A DNA stretch of 64,000 nt from a bacterium (GTDB lineage: Bacteria > Pseudomonadota > Gammaproteobacteria > GCA-002705445 > GCA-002716945). Positions 50,989 through 61,539 of the stretch are shown here, piece by piece. Numbering within the stretch: position 1 is the first letter of the stretch; each line of letters opens with the position of its first letter. The position numbers were made by a program, and so were the translations under genes. The notes under the pieces were generated by a model, which saw only the letters and a program-made list of their open reading frames with translations, made no database searches and was not told the DNA's origin. The stretch lies in assembly GCA_029979505.1 (NCBI GenBank), contig JAPOHH010000002.1, positions 118 through 64,117 on the forward strand. Reading direction: 5' to 3'.

Positions 50989-52248
50989 ATGGATAAATTA
51001 TTAATTCAAGGCAGCCAATCTTTATCAGGATCAGTAAAGATTTCAGGAGCGAAGAACTCCGTACTACCTATGTTATGTGCCTCAGTGATGTCTTCAAAGG
51101 GATCAGTTGAATTACAGAATGTTCCTCATCTACAAGATGTTACCACCACGACGAGATTATTAACCCAGATGGGTGTGAGAGTTACGATGGATGAATTTAT
51201 GAAAATTAGCCTTGATGCTAGCGATATCCATAATTTTTATGCACCTTATGATTTAGTTAAAACAATGCGTTCATCAATTTTAGTATTAGGTCCATTACTG
51301 ACAAGGTTCGGTGAGGCAAAAGTCTCTTTACCTGGAGGTTGTGCAATCGGGATGAGGCCAGTTGATATGCATATAGATGCATTAAAGAAGATGGGAGCAG
51401 AAATTAAAGTTGAAAGTGGATATATTTATGCTAAATCAAAACGACTTAAAGGTAGCGATATTATTTTTCAAACAAAATCAGTAACTGGAACTGAAAATAT
51501 TATTATGGCTGCAACATTAGCTAAAGGAATTACAAAGATTCAAAATGCTGCTAACGAACCTGAAATAACAGATTTATGTGAATTTTTAATAAAAATGGGC
51601 GCACGAATTAGCGGACACGGAACAGATATAGTTGAGATAGAGGGAGTTGATTTTCTTTATGGAGCTTCACATAACCCTTTGCCTGATAGAATTGAAGCCG
51701 GGACATTTATGGTTGCTGCAGCTATTACTCAAGGTGATATAGAAATTAATAATATTGTTCCTGAACATTCTCAAGCTGTAATTGATAAATTAATTGAAGC
51801 CGGCGCAGAAATTATTTCTATGAATAATTCTGTAAGAGTGAAAATGAAAAAAAGACCAAACGCTATTAATATTGAGACAAATGCTTATCCTCATTTCCCT
51901 ACTGACATGCAAGCTCAAATCACCGCATTGAATACATTAGCTAAAGGCAACAGCTTAGTTAAAGAGAATATTTTTGAAAACCGATTTATGCACATACAAG
52001 AGTTACAAAGGATGGGCGCTCAAATAACGGTCCGAGAGAATATTGCACATATTACTGGTATGGAGAAGCTCTTGGGTGCTCCAGTTATGGCGACGGATTT
52101 GAGAGCATCGGCAAGTCTTATTTTAGCTGGTTTAGCAGCTGAGGGGGTTACTGAGATAGGTAGAGTTTATCATATAGACAGGGGCTATGATTGTATTGAG
52201 GAAAAACTTCAGTTAATTGGTGCTAGGATTTCAAGAAAACCCATGTAA
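50989..52248 (+). CDS. murA: UDP-N-acetylglucosamine 1-carboxyvinyltransferase MurA
   Basis: 'ISGAKNSVLP', active-site Cys in 'LPGGCAIG'; 419 aa. Confidence 0.9.
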   Translation: MDKLLIQGSQSLSGSVKISGAKNSVLPMLCASVMSSKGSVELQNVPHLQDVTTTTRLLTQMGVRVTMDEFMKISLDASDIHNFYAPYDLVKTMRSSILVLGPLLTRFGEAKVSLPGGCAIGMRPVDMHIDALKKMGAEIKVESGYIYAKSKRLKGSDIIFQTKSVTGTENIIMAATLAKGITKIQNAANEPEITDLCEFLIKMGARISGHGTDIVEIEGVDFLYGASHNPLPDRIEAGTFMVAAAITQGDIEINNIVPEHSQAVIDKLIEAGAEIISMNNSVRVKMKKRPNAINIETNAYPHFPTDMQAQITALNTLAKGNSLVKENIFENRFMHIQELQRMGAQITVRENIAHITGMEKLLGAPVMATDLRASASLILAGLAAEGVTEIGRVYHIDRGYDCIEEKLQLIGARISRKPM

Positions 52249-52259
52249 AATGCTATCAA

Positions 52260-52877
52260 ATGATTAGATTAGCTATATCCAAAGGTAGAATTTTAGAACA
52301 AGCGATTGATATTCTTAACAAGATTAATATCACTTGCAAGTATAATCCTTTAAGTACACGTAAATTAATTATACCAACAAATAACGCTCAGTTAGAGATA
52401 GTTATAATTAAAGCTACGGATGTGCCACTTTATATAGACTCCGGAAAAGTTGATCTTGGAATTGTAGGCATAGATACTCTTCTAGAAAATTCTGCCACAA
52501 ATCATTATCGTCTAGCTGATTTAAAAATATCAAAATGTAAATTGGTTGTAGCAGGGAAGCCAGCGATGAAATATTTTAATAATATGAAGGTTGCAACAAA
52601 ATATCCAAATGCAGCGAAAAACTATTTTGAAGAGGCTGGGCTGCAGTGTTCGATACTAAAACTATATGGTTCAATAGAATTGGCAACCGTACTAGGACTA
52701 TCTGATTTTATAGTTGATATAGTTGAATCAGGAAAAACTCTTAAAGAGAACAATTTAAAAGAATACGATAAGATTGCTGATATCTCATCGCTATTAATAG
52801 CAAATAAAGTTTCTTATAAACTTAAAAAAACAAAAATAGATGCACTTGTAAGTAAGGTACTAAATAATGGCAAATAA
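52260..52877 (+). CDS. hisG: ATP phosphoribosyltransferase HisG, short form
   Basis: 205 aa; 'LAISKGRILE' N-terminus; short form implies HisZ dependence. Confidence 0.8.
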   Translation: MIRLAISKGRILEQAIDILNKINITCKYNPLSTRKLIIPTNNAQLEIVIIKATDVPLYIDSGKVDLGIVGIDTLLENSATNHYRLADLKISKCKLVVAGKPAMKYFNNMKVATKYPNAAKNYFEEAGLQCSILKLYGSIELATVLGLSDFIVDIVESGKTLKENNLKEYDKIADISSLLIANKVSYKLKKTKIDALVSKVLNNGK

Positions 52878-53925
52878 AACAGATGATTTAAGAATTATCA
52901 ATACTCAAGAACTTTTAAGTCCTATTGATGTAATTGATGAGCTATCACCTTCAAAATCAGGAATTAAAACAATATTGGATGCTAGAAGTGAGATTAGTGG
53001 CATTCTCAACAAAACCTCTAGTAAATTTATGATTGTTGTTGGTCCATGTTCAATTCATGATATTGATGCTGCGATAGAATATGCTACAAGACTTAAAGAA
53101 TTAAAAGAAAAATTATCAGAATCTAGTTTAATAATTATGAGAGTTTATTTTGAAAAACCTAGAACCGTTATTGGATGGAAAGGCCTAATCAATGATCCTG
53201 ATCTAGATGGATCATTTAAAATTAATAATGGTATAAAATTAGCAAGAAAACTACTTATAGATTTATCTGAAATGAATATACCTTGCGGGCATGAATTTCT
53301 AGATCTAGTAAGTCCACAATATTTATCAGATTTAATAAGCTGGGGAGCAATAGGTGCAAGGACTACTGAAAGCCAAAGCCATAGAGAACTTGCTTCTGGA
53401 TTATCGTGTCCAGTTGGATTTAAAAATGGTACTGATGGCAGTATTCAAATTGCTATTGATGCAATGAATGCCGCAAGACACTCTCATAGCTTTTTATCTG
53501 TTACCAAAGAAGGAAGATCAGCTATATTCAATACAGCTGGCAATGAAGATTGTCACATCATCCTTCGTGGAGGAAATAAAAAAACAAATTATTCTTCTGA
53601 TGATGTTCAAAAATCAACATCAATTTTAGAAAGTAATAACTTAAAACCTAATATAATGATTGATGCTAGTCATGCAAACAGCAATAAAAATTACAAAATG
53701 CAATCCGTTGTAGTTGATGATGTAAAAAAACAGATTTTGCATGGTGAAAGAAATATTATTGGTGTGATGCTAGAAAGTAATTTGATCGAAGGTAATCAAA
53801 AAATTAATAGCAAAGAAAAATTGAAATATGGACAAAGTATAACCGATTCTTGTATAGGATGGGAAGAAACTGAAGATATGATTTTATCACTGGATGAGTT
53901 ATTAAGAAAAACTTATGAAAATTAA
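52867..53925 (+). CDS. 3-deoxy-7-phosphoheptulonate (DAHP) synthase, class I (AroG/F/H-like)
   Basis: 'YFEKPRTVIGWKGLINDPDLDGSF', 'GARTTESQSHRELASGLSCPVGFKNGTDG' nearly identical to the E. coli AroG core. Confidence 0.9.
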   Translation: MANKTDDLRIINTQELLSPIDVIDELSPSKSGIKTILDARSEISGILNKTSSKFMIVVGPCSIHDIDAAIEYATRLKELKEKLSESSLIIMRVYFEKPRTVIGWKGLINDPDLDGSFKINNGIKLARKLLIDLSEMNIPCGHEFLDLVSPQYLSDLISWGAIGARTTESQSHRELASGLSCPVGFKNGTDGSIQIAIDAMNAARHSHSFLSVTKEGRSAIFNTAGNEDCHIILRGGNKKTNYSSDDVQKSTSILESNNLKPNIMIDASHANSNKNYKMQSVVVDDVKKQILHGERNIIGVMLESNLIEGNQKINSKEKLKYGQSITDSCIGWEETEDMILSLDELLRKTYEN

Positions 53926-55204
53926 AACATTAAATTCAACTTCAAAAGATTTCTATATCGATTTATCGAAATACTTAAAGTTACAAATAAAAAACTCAAA
54001 AGCTATTGATAATTCTGTACTACAGATTATTGAAAATATAAAAAAAAATAAAGATAAAGCTTTAATCAAATTTGCAAAAAAATATGATAATGTGAATTAT
54101 ACAAAGATAAGTAACTCTCTAGTTTCAAAAAAAGAAATAAAAGATGCTTACAAGTTAGTATCACCAAATCTTTTAAAAAATATTAAAAAGGCCATAAATA
54201 ACATAAAAATATTTTCAAAAAAACAAATTTTAAACAGCTGGTCAATAAAAAAAAATGGATCAATATTAGGTGAAAAAGTAACACCTATTAAAAGGGTTGG
54301 TATCTATGTTCCAGGTGGAAAAGCAAGTTATCCATCTACAGTAGTTATGAATTCTGTTCCTGCGAAAACTGCTGGCGTAGATGAAATTATTATGGTTTGC
54401 CCACCGAGTGATGGCAAACTAAATCCCTTGGTTTTAGTAGCAGCAGACTTGTGTGGTGTTGATAAAATTTATAAATTTGGGGGTGCTCATGCAATTGCTG
54501 CTTTGGCGTATGGGACTGAGAGTGTTGAATGTGTTGATAAAATCGTTGGGCCAGGCAATGTTTATGTAGCTACGGCTAAAAAAATGGTATTTGGAAAAGT
54601 TGGTATAGATAGTTTTGCAGGTCCATCAGAAATATTAATTATTGCCGATAATAGTGTTAATCCAGAATGTATTGCTATTGATATGTTTGCTCAAGCGGAA
54701 CATGATGAAATGGCTCAATCTATTTTACTCACAACCAGCTCTAAACTTATCAACGCAGTAAACAAAAAGATTGACCAAATGATAAAATACCAAAAAAGAA
54801 AAAAAATTATCAATAAGTCTCTAAGTTCCAGAGGCCTTTTTATAAAAGTTAAAAATAAATCAGAAATAATATCCGTTGCAGATAAGATTGCTCCTGAGCA
54901 CTTAGAAATTCTTGGATATGGTAGTTCAAAATTAGAAAAAGAAATTCGTAATGCCGGAGCTATATTCATCGGAGAGAATAGTCCGGAGGTTTTTGGTGAT
55001 TATTGTGCTGGACCTAATCACGTTTTACCCACAAGCGGTACAGCGAGATATGCATCTCCGTTAGGTGTATATGATTTTTTGAAACGTACAAGTATAATGA
55101 AGATATCTAGGAAACATGCAAAAGACCTTTCTAATATTGCTTCCTCGATAGCAGAATGCGAGGGTTTATACTCTCACTCTGAATCAGCTAAATATAGAAA
55201 TTAA
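53915..55204 (+). CDS. hisD: Histidinol dehydrogenase HisD
   Basis: 'GPGNVYVATAKK', 'QAEHD', 'AGPNHVLPT' motifs; 429 aa. Confidence 0.85.
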   Translation: MKIKTLNSTSKDFYIDLSKYLKLQIKNSKAIDNSVLQIIENIKKNKDKALIKFAKKYDNVNYTKISNSLVSKKEIKDAYKLVSPNLLKNIKKAINNIKIFSKKQILNSWSIKKNGSILGEKVTPIKRVGIYVPGGKASYPSTVVMNSVPAKTAGVDEIIMVCPPSDGKLNPLVLVAADLCGVDKIYKFGGAHAIAALAYGTESVECVDKIVGPGNVYVATAKKMVFGKVGIDSFAGPSEILIIADNSVNPECIAIDMFAQAEHDEMAQSILLTTSSKLINAVNKKIDQMIKYQKRKKIINKSLSSRGLFIKVKNKSEIISVADKIAPEHLEILGYGSSKLEKEIRNAGAIFIGENSPEVFGDYCAGPNHVLPTSGTARYASPLGVYDFLKRTSIMKISRKHAKDLSNIASSIAECEGLYSHSESAKYRN

Positions 55205-56206
55205 TCATCTTTGAATTGATTTGTGTGTACGTGGCATAACAGAAACATTTATGACTGTTTCAATGATTTCATTATCACGTTTAAATTTCAAAATAATATC
55301 TTCACCTACTTTCAAAGACGCTACTATTTTTACAACCTGTTTAATATTATTAATCTTTACTCCATCTAAACTCAATATTATATCATTTGGTAAAATTCCA
55401 GATTTATCAGCAGGACCGTTGTTCAAGATTTTTGAAATAACCACTCCATTTGGAGTATCATAAGCGGACATACCTATATATCCTCTGACTACTCTTCCAT
55501 ATTTTATTAATTGTTGAGTAATATTTTTTACAAGATTAGATGGTACTGCAAGACCTATTCCGTCACTTCCACCACCTAATGACAAATTCATGGTATTTAT
55601 ACCTATTAGATCACCATTAATGTTTACCATTGCTCCGCCGGAATTTCCTGGATTAATAGCTGCATCAGACTGAAGAAATTCATCAAGAGGGTTTTCAGTA
55701 ATATGACCACTATTAGTTCTAGAAATAATCCCTTTAGTTAAAGTTTGTCCTACTCCAAATGGATTTCCAATTGCTAAAACTATATCTCCTATTTTCACAG
55801 TCGACGAATCAGAAAAACTAATTGCTTTCCCTTTGAAATCACTCTTTAGTAGGGCAATATCAGTAATTGCATCTATACCTACAATTTTTGCAGGATATAT
55901 ATTGTTATCAAGAGAAATTATATTTACCCTATTTGCTCCTCTAATTACATGTTCATTTGTAACAACGTGACCATCATCTGTAACTATAACTCCGGAACCT
56001 CTACCTTTATTAGTTTGAATAGTTACAACTGAATTTTTAACAGAGTCATAAATATAATTGTAGGAATCTCTATTTACAACGTTTGAATCATAAACTTCTT
56101 TCGTTTCAACAACATTTATTGTTACTGGCTTTTGAGAAATAAATAAATATGAGGCAACCCCAGCCACAATTCCTATTACCATATATTTTAAAAGCTCTTT
56201 ATACAT
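55205..56206 (-). CDS. degS: Periplasmic serine endoprotease, DegS/AlgW-like (trypsin domain + single PDZ, N-terminal anchor)
   Basis: Catalytic 'GNSGGAMVN'; single PDZ; 333 aa. Confidence 0.7.
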   Translation of the reverse strand: MYKELLKYMVIGIVAGVASYLFISQKPVTINVVETKEVYDSNVVNRDSYNYIYDSVKNSVVTIQTNKGRGSGVIVTDDGHVVTNEHVIRGANRVNIISLDNNIYPAKIVGIDAITDIALLKSDFKGKAISFSDSSTVKIGDIVLAIGNPFGVGQTLTKGIISRTNSGHITENPLDEFLQSDAAINPGNSGGAMVNINGDLIGINTMNLSLGGGSDGIGLAVPSNLVKNITQQLIKYGRVVRGYIGMSAYDTPNGVVISKILNNGPADKSGILPNDIILSLDGVKINNIKQVVKIVASLKVGEDIILKFKRDNEIIETVINVSVMPRTHKSIQR

Positions 56207-56289
56207 ATTATTAATTTGTATGTTTAAAAGTATATATTAGAGAATCATAATATGATATATTACCGACAGAATTAAAGTGAGACTGGGAA

Positions 56290-56874
56290 ATGAGCGATAA
56301 CAATAATTCATCTAATAGAAGAAACTTTCTAACAAATCTTACAAAAGTCATGGGAGGCGTTGGTGCAGTCTTTGCGGCAATACCATTTCTGTCTACCATG
56401 TCACCCAGCGAAAAAACTAAAATGGCTGGTGCGCCAATAGAGATAGATGTTTCAAGTATTCAACCAGGAGCATTTAAAATTGTTGAGTGGAGAGGAAAGC
56501 CAGTATGGGTAGTTCATAGAACTCCTGAAATGCTTGATAAGATTAAAAATGAAGCTGGCTATTTAGCCGACCCTGAATCTAATGAGGAGAATCAACCGCA
56601 ATATGCTCAAAATAAATTTAGATCACTTAAGCCTGAATATCTTGTGCTTTTGGGAGTGTGTACTCATTTAGGATGCTCGCCCCTTTATAAGCCTGGTGAA
56701 AATAAAGACTTGGGCTTAGAATGGAAGGGTGGTTTTTTCTGCCCATGCCATGGTTCAAAGTTTGATCTTTCTGGTAGAGTTTTCAAAGGAATGCCAGCAC
56801 CAACTAATTTAGAGGTACCTCCGTATTATTTTGCCAGTGAAACTAAACTTATTGTTGGAGCAGACGAAGGATAA
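56290..56874 (+). CDS. petA: Ubiquinol-cytochrome c reductase Rieske iron-sulfur subunit
   Basis: Tat-like N-terminus 'RRNFL'; Rieske boxes 'CTHLGC' and 'CPCHGS'. Confidence 0.9.
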   Translation: MSDNNNSSNRRNFLTNLTKVMGGVGAVFAAIPFLSTMSPSEKTKMAGAPIEIDVSSIQPGAFKIVEWRGKPVWVVHRTPEMLDKIKNEAGYLADPESNEENQPQYAQNKFRSLKPEYLVLLGVCTHLGCSPLYKPGENKDLGLEWKGGFFCPCHGSKFDLSGRVFKGMPAPTNLEVPPYYFASETKLIVGADEG

Positions 56875-58091
56875 TGAGTAAATTTATTGCATGGATTGAT
56901 GAGAGATTACCTGTTACTAAGTTTGTAAAAAATCATCTATCTGAATATTATGCTCCAAAAAATTTCAACTTTTTTTATTTTTTTGGAAGTTTAGCTCTCT
57001 TTGTATTTATTCTTCAAATAATTACAGGGATTTTTCTTACGATTAATTATAAACCTGATGCTGCATCTGCATTCGCATCAGTTGAATACATAATGAGAGA
57101 TGTTGAGTGGGGTTGGCTAATTAGATATATGCATTCTACCGGAGCTTCATTTTTCTTTATAGTAGTGTATTTACACATGTTAAGAGCATTAATGTATGGT
57201 TCATATAAAAAACCTAGAGAGCTATTATGGTTGTTCGGTATGTTTATATTCGTATTATTGATGGCTGAGGCATTCATGGGATATTTACTTCCATGGGGAC
57301 AAATGTCCTATTGGGGAGCACAAGTAATTATATCTCTTTTTGGGGCTATTCCGTTAATAGGTGAATCATTGGCATTGTGGATTAGAGGTGATTATGTAAT
57401 ATCCGATGCTACTTTGAATAGGTTTTTTGCATTTCATGTAATTGCACTTCCACTTTTACTCTTTGCTGTTATTTATTTGCATATCGCTGCATTGCATACC
57501 GTAGGCTCAAACAATCCTGATGGTATAGAAATCAAAGCTAATAAAAATAAAGATGGCGTTCCAGTAGATGGAATTCCATTTCATCCATATTACACAGTAA
57601 AAGATATATTTGGCCTAGCCGTGTTTCTAACTATTTTCATGTTTGTCGTTTTTTTCTTACCAGAATTTGGAGGATTTTTTCTTGAAAAAGATAATTTTGT
57701 CCCAGCTGACCCATTAAAAACGCCTGAGCATATTGTACCTGTTTGGTATTTCACACCGTTTTACGCAATACTTAGGGCAGTTCCAGACAAACTTGGCGGA
57801 GTAATAGCAATGGGCCTTGCAATATTTGTTCTTTTCTTAATGCCGTGGCTTGATAGATGTAAAGTTAAGTCTATTAGGTATAGATCAATATCTTATAAAA
57901 TATTATTGGCAGCTTTTATAATAAGTTTTATAGGTTTAGGTTATATCGGAATGAAAGCACCAACTCCTACACTCACTGTATTAGGTAGACTATTTACAAT
58001 TGTTTATTTTGGATTCTTTGTCCTTCTTTACTTTACAAGTAAAAATGAAAAAACGAAACCCGTACCAGATAGGGTGACGATGCATGATTAA
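56874..58091 (+). CDS. petB: Cytochrome b
   Basis: Haem-ligand His pairs in TM helices; 'PEW' region ('LPWGQMSYWG'); 405 aa. Confidence 0.9.
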   Translation: MSKFIAWIDERLPVTKFVKNHLSEYYAPKNFNFFYFFGSLALFVFILQIITGIFLTINYKPDAASAFASVEYIMRDVEWGWLIRYMHSTGASFFFIVVYLHMLRALMYGSYKKPRELLWLFGMFIFVLLMAEAFMGYLLPWGQMSYWGAQVIISLFGAIPLIGESLALWIRGDYVISDATLNRFFAFHVIALPLLLFAVIYLHIAALHTVGSNNPDGIEIKANKNKDGVPVDGIPFHPYYTVKDIFGLAVFLTIFMFVVFFLPEFGGFFLEKDNFVPADPLKTPEHIVPVWYFTPFYAILRAVPDKLGGVIAMGLAIFVLFLMPWLDRCKVKSIRYRSISYKILLAAFIISFIGLGYIGMKAPTPTLTVLGRLFTIVYFGFFVLLYFTSKNEKTKPVPDRVTMHD

Positions 58092-58800
58092 AAAGTATGC
58101 TGTCTTCACTGTATTATTGTTATTCTCACATCTTAGTTATGGCGCATCTGGAGGTGATTTAAAACCTGTTGCAATTGATCTTGGTAACAAGGCATCGCTT
58201 CAAAGGGGTGCTCAAATTTATTTTAATAATTGTTCTGGATGCCACACTCTCCAGTATCACAGATACAGCAAGTTTGTTAATGATCTCGGTATAAGCGAAG
58301 ATATGATTAAATCCAACCTTATCCTTACAACGAATAAAGGGGAGAAAACGAAACTTGGCTCTACTATCATAAATTCAATAAATCATGATTCTATCAAAGA
58401 GGTTTTTGGTGTAGTACCTCCAGACCTTACTCTTACTGCTAGGTCTAGAGGTTCTGAATGGATATATACTTTTTTAACGTCGTTTTATGAAGATGAAACT
58501 AGACCAATGGGTGTAAATAATATTTTATATCCTAATGTAAATATGCCACATGTATTATGGTACAAAGAAGGTTTAAAAAAACTTGATGAAAATAATCAAC
58601 TTATTCTTAAAGTCAAAGGCCAGCTTAATCAAAAAGAATATGAACAAGAAATAACTGATTTAGTTAATTTCTTAACTTATGTCGCAGAACCAGCTCAACT
58701 AGAGAGGTATTCTATTGGTTTCTGGGTTATGTTATTCCTTGTATTTTTTGCGTTTATTACGTATCTTCTAAAGATTGAGTATTGGAGAGACATTAAATAA
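58084..58800 (+). CDS. petC: Cytochrome c1
   Basis: 'CSGCH' haem-binding motif; C-terminal membrane anchor. Confidence 0.85.
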   Translation: MIKKYAVFTVLLLFSHLSYGASGGDLKPVAIDLGNKASLQRGAQIYFNNCSGCHTLQYHRYSKFVNDLGISEDMIKSNLILTTNKGEKTKLGSTIINSINHDSIKEVFGVVPPDLTLTARSRGSEWIYTFLTSFYEDETRPMGVNNILYPNVNMPHVLWYKEGLKKLDENNQLILKVKGQLNQKEYEQEITDLVNFLTYVAEPAQLERYSIGFWVMLFLVFFAFITYLLKIEYWRDIK

Positions 58801-59417
58801 TGACATTACTAGCTAATCGCAGGTCCGCGATATTATTATTCTCTCTACCAAATTGTTTAGATAGCCATAGAACTAGAATTGTAATAAAAGAAAAAGAAAT
58901 TTCTGCAGAAATTCATGAGGTTGATATTGAAAATATTCCTGAGGAAATCAAAGTTATTAGCCCTTACGATCAATATCCATCTCTAGTAGATAGGGAGCTT
59001 GTGCTACAAAATTCTAGAGTAATTATCGAATATTTAGATGAAAGGTTCCCTCATCCGCCTTTACTCCCAGTTGATCCAATTTCTAGGGCTAAATTTAGAC
59101 TTGCTTTAAACGAAATTGAGCATCACTGGTATCCGAAATATAATGAATCATATAATGATGAAATCCTAGACACTAAATTTGTGGATGAAATAAAAAATTA
59201 TTTTCTTGAAATTACACCTATGTTAAAAGATGGGTTTTTTATGAGCGAAGACTTTGGACTTGTTGACTGCAGCTTAGCACCATTGTTATGGAGACTAAAA
59301 AATATTGATTATGATTTAGCTTCAAATAATAAAATCTTGGGCAATTATTATGAGAGAGTCTTTGATAGAGAAGCGTTTCAAGAAAGCCTAACTGAGACAG
59401 AAAAAGAATTATTCTAG
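58800..59417 (+). CDS. sspA: Stringent starvation protein A (GST-like)
   Basis: Close match to E. coli SspA ('LVDRELVLQNSRVIIEYLDERFPHPPLLPVDP'); downstream of petABC as in many gammaproteobacteria. Confidence 0.85.
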   Translation: MTLLANRRSAILLFSLPNCLDSHRTRIVIKEKEISAEIHEVDIENIPEEIKVISPYDQYPSLVDRELVLQNSRVIIEYLDERFPHPPLLPVDPISRAKFRLALNEIEHHWYPKYNESYNDEILDTKFVDEIKNYFLEITPMLKDGFFMSEDFGLVDCSLAPLLWRLKNIDYDLASNNKILGNYYERVFDREAFQESLTETEKELF

Positions 59418-59484
59418 TAAAAAATTTATTCTATCAACTTACTCATTCACTCTTCTAACTATACATATGTGATAAAGTAGACAT

Positions 59485-60315
59485 ATGAGCGGTGACTTAT
59501 ACATTGTGGCAACCCCTATAGGAAACTTAGATGATATAACAATTCGCGCCATAGATGTTTTAAAGAATGCTGATATTATCTTTGCTGAAAGTGTGGAGAG
59601 GACACAAACACTCCTGTCACACTACGATATTAAAAAGAAAGTTTTATCTTATAATAAAGACAATGAAAAAAGAAAGGTTCAAACTATTGCTTCATATATC
59701 GAAAACTCCAAAATTGTCGCGCTAGTAAGTGATGCGGGCACACCCTTAATCTCAGATCCAGGCTTCCACTTACTATCAAATATAAATTCAAATATCAGAA
59801 TTGTACCTATTCCAGGCGCCTCATCACTAAGTTGCGCATTGTCTGTCTCTAAAATACCAATGAATATGTTTCTATTTTATGGATTCCTCCCTAAAAAAGA
59901 AAATGATAGAAAGAAAAAATTGAATGAAATGTTATGTCTTGATGTACCAGTATTTTTATTTGAGAGCAAGCATAGGCTAGTAGCTCTGCTGAAGAATATA
60001 TATGAAATATATGGAGCAGACACTCAGGTTGGAATATTTAGAGAGCTTACAAAGGTTTACGAGACAATTCTATGTGACAAGGTTGAGAATTTGATAAGCC
60101 AATTTGAGGCTAATCAACCAAAAGGAGAATTCGTTGTAATAATTTCTCCTAAAAATTCGAATACAAACACAGAAAAAGATTATTTATCAACTATTGAGCA
60201 ATTAATTGATAAAAATTTCTCAAATAAAGATATTGTTGAAATTATAAATATCATTTCAAAAGATTCTAAAAAAGAAATATATAAAAATGTATTATCTATT
60301 AGACATGGGCTATAG
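59485..60315 (+). CDS. rsmI: 16S rRNA (cytidine1402-2'-O)-methyltransferase RsmI
   Basis: 'LYIVATPIGNLDDIT' tetrapyrrole-methylase-fold N-terminus typical of RsmI. Confidence 0.8.
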   Translation: MSGDLYIVATPIGNLDDITIRAIDVLKNADIIFAESVERTQTLLSHYDIKKKVLSYNKDNEKRKVQTIASYIENSKIVALVSDAGTPLISDPGFHLLSNINSNIRIVPIPGASSLSCALSVSKIPMNMFLFYGFLPKKENDRKKKLNEMLCLDVPVFLFESKHRLVALLKNIYEIYGADTQVGIFRELTKVYETILCDKVENLISQFEANQPKGEFVVIISPKNSNTNTEKDYLSTIEQLIDKNFSNKDIVEIINIISKDSKKEIYKNVLSIRHGL

Positions 60316-60414
60316 TTTTGTCGTATCATTTAGTTTTAGTGAAACCTACTAAAAAAGATATAAGATGACTCTAATCGGGGCATCTTTTTTTTTATTTAAA
60401 ACAAGGAAATACTC

Positions 60415-61539
60415 TTGAAAAACGCTGCTATATTACTACAAGATGGCACTGTGATACCTGCTGAATCTATAGGGCATGAAGAATTTAGTCTAGGTGAGAT
60501 AGTTTTTAATACTTCAATGACTGGATATCAGGAAATAATTACTGATCCTTCATATAACAAACAAATTGTTACTTTTACTAATCCACATATTGGTAATACG
60601 GGTATCAATATTGATGATAATGAATCTGTTAAACATGGATGTTCAGGAATTATTATTAGGAATCACCCTACCGTGCACAGTAGCTGGAGAAGTGAAAATC
60701 AGTTTATTGAATATTTGAAAGATAAATCAATTACAGCTTTATGTTCTGTAGATACTCGTTATCTAACTTCTTTGCTAAGAATTAATGGTTCATTAAACGG
60801 ATGTTTAGTTCCAGATATAAACAAACTTGATAATGCAAAAAAAGAATTATTGAAATTTTCTGGCTTAAACGGTCTCGACTTAGCAAAAAATGTATCAACA
60901 GAAAGTCAATATTTATGGGAAGAGGGAACACATGATTTAATCAATATAAATACTCTCAAAGAACAAAAAAGATTAAATGTTTTCGCTTATGACTATGGAA
61001 TTAAAAAAAATATATTAAGAATTCTTTATGACTTAGGATGTGACGTAACAGTTGTTCCTGCTGATTTTCCCTATAAAAAAGTGTTAGATTATAACCCTGA
61101 CGGGGTTTTTTTATCAAATGGCCCTGGAGATCCTGCGGCGTGTGAATATGCTATAGAAAATATAAAAAATCTTTTAGCTGTGAATATACCTATTTTTGGC
61201 ATCTGTTTAGGTTTCCAATTAATGTGCTTAGCTAGCGGTGCAAAAACATACAAAATGAAATTTGGACATCATGGCGCCAACCATCCAGTAATAGATATCA
61301 ATACTAAAAAGGTATTTATAACTAGTCAAAATCATGGATTTGCAGTTGATTTTGATTCTTTGAGTGATAATCATAAAGTTACTCATAAATCTCTTTTTGA
61401 TGGTTCACTTCAGGGTGTGGAACTGGAGCATACACCTGCTTATGGTTTTCAAGGACATCCAGAGGCAAGTCCTGGCCCACAGGATATATACAATTTATTT
61501 ACAAAATTTATTCACAACATGAGAAATTCAAATGCCTAA
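60415..61539 (+). CDS. carA: Carbamoyl-phosphate synthase small (glutaminase) subunit CarA; TTG start
   Basis: GATase triad region 'GICLGFQ', 'HG'; RBS AAGGAAAT before the TTG at 60415; stop overlaps the carB start. Confidence 0.85.
   Translation: MKNAAILLQDGTVIPAESIGHEEFSLGEIVFNTSMTGYQEIITDPSYNKQIVTFTNPHIGNTGINIDDNESVKHGCSGIIIRNHPTVHSSWRSENQFIEYLKDKSITALCSVDTRYLTSLLRINGSLNGCLVPDINKLDNAKKELLKFSGLNGLDLAKNVSTESQYLWEEGTHDLININTLKEQKRLNVFAYDYGIKKNILRILYDLGCDVTVVPADFPYKKVLDYNPDGVFLSNGPGDPAACEYAIENIKNLLAVNIPIFGICLGFQLMCLASGAKTYKMKFGHHGANHPVIDINTKKVFITSQNHGFAVDFDSLSDNHKVTHKSLFDGSLQGVELEHTPAYGFQGHPEASPGPQDIYNLFTKFIHNMRNSNA

Noticed and set aside
60371-60400. Rho-independent terminator after rsmI (AGATG-N13-CATCT followed by T9)
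   Set aside because: The stem is only 5 bp with a 13-nt loop, and the T-run alone is common in this genome. It is too weak to call and is left as a possibility only.
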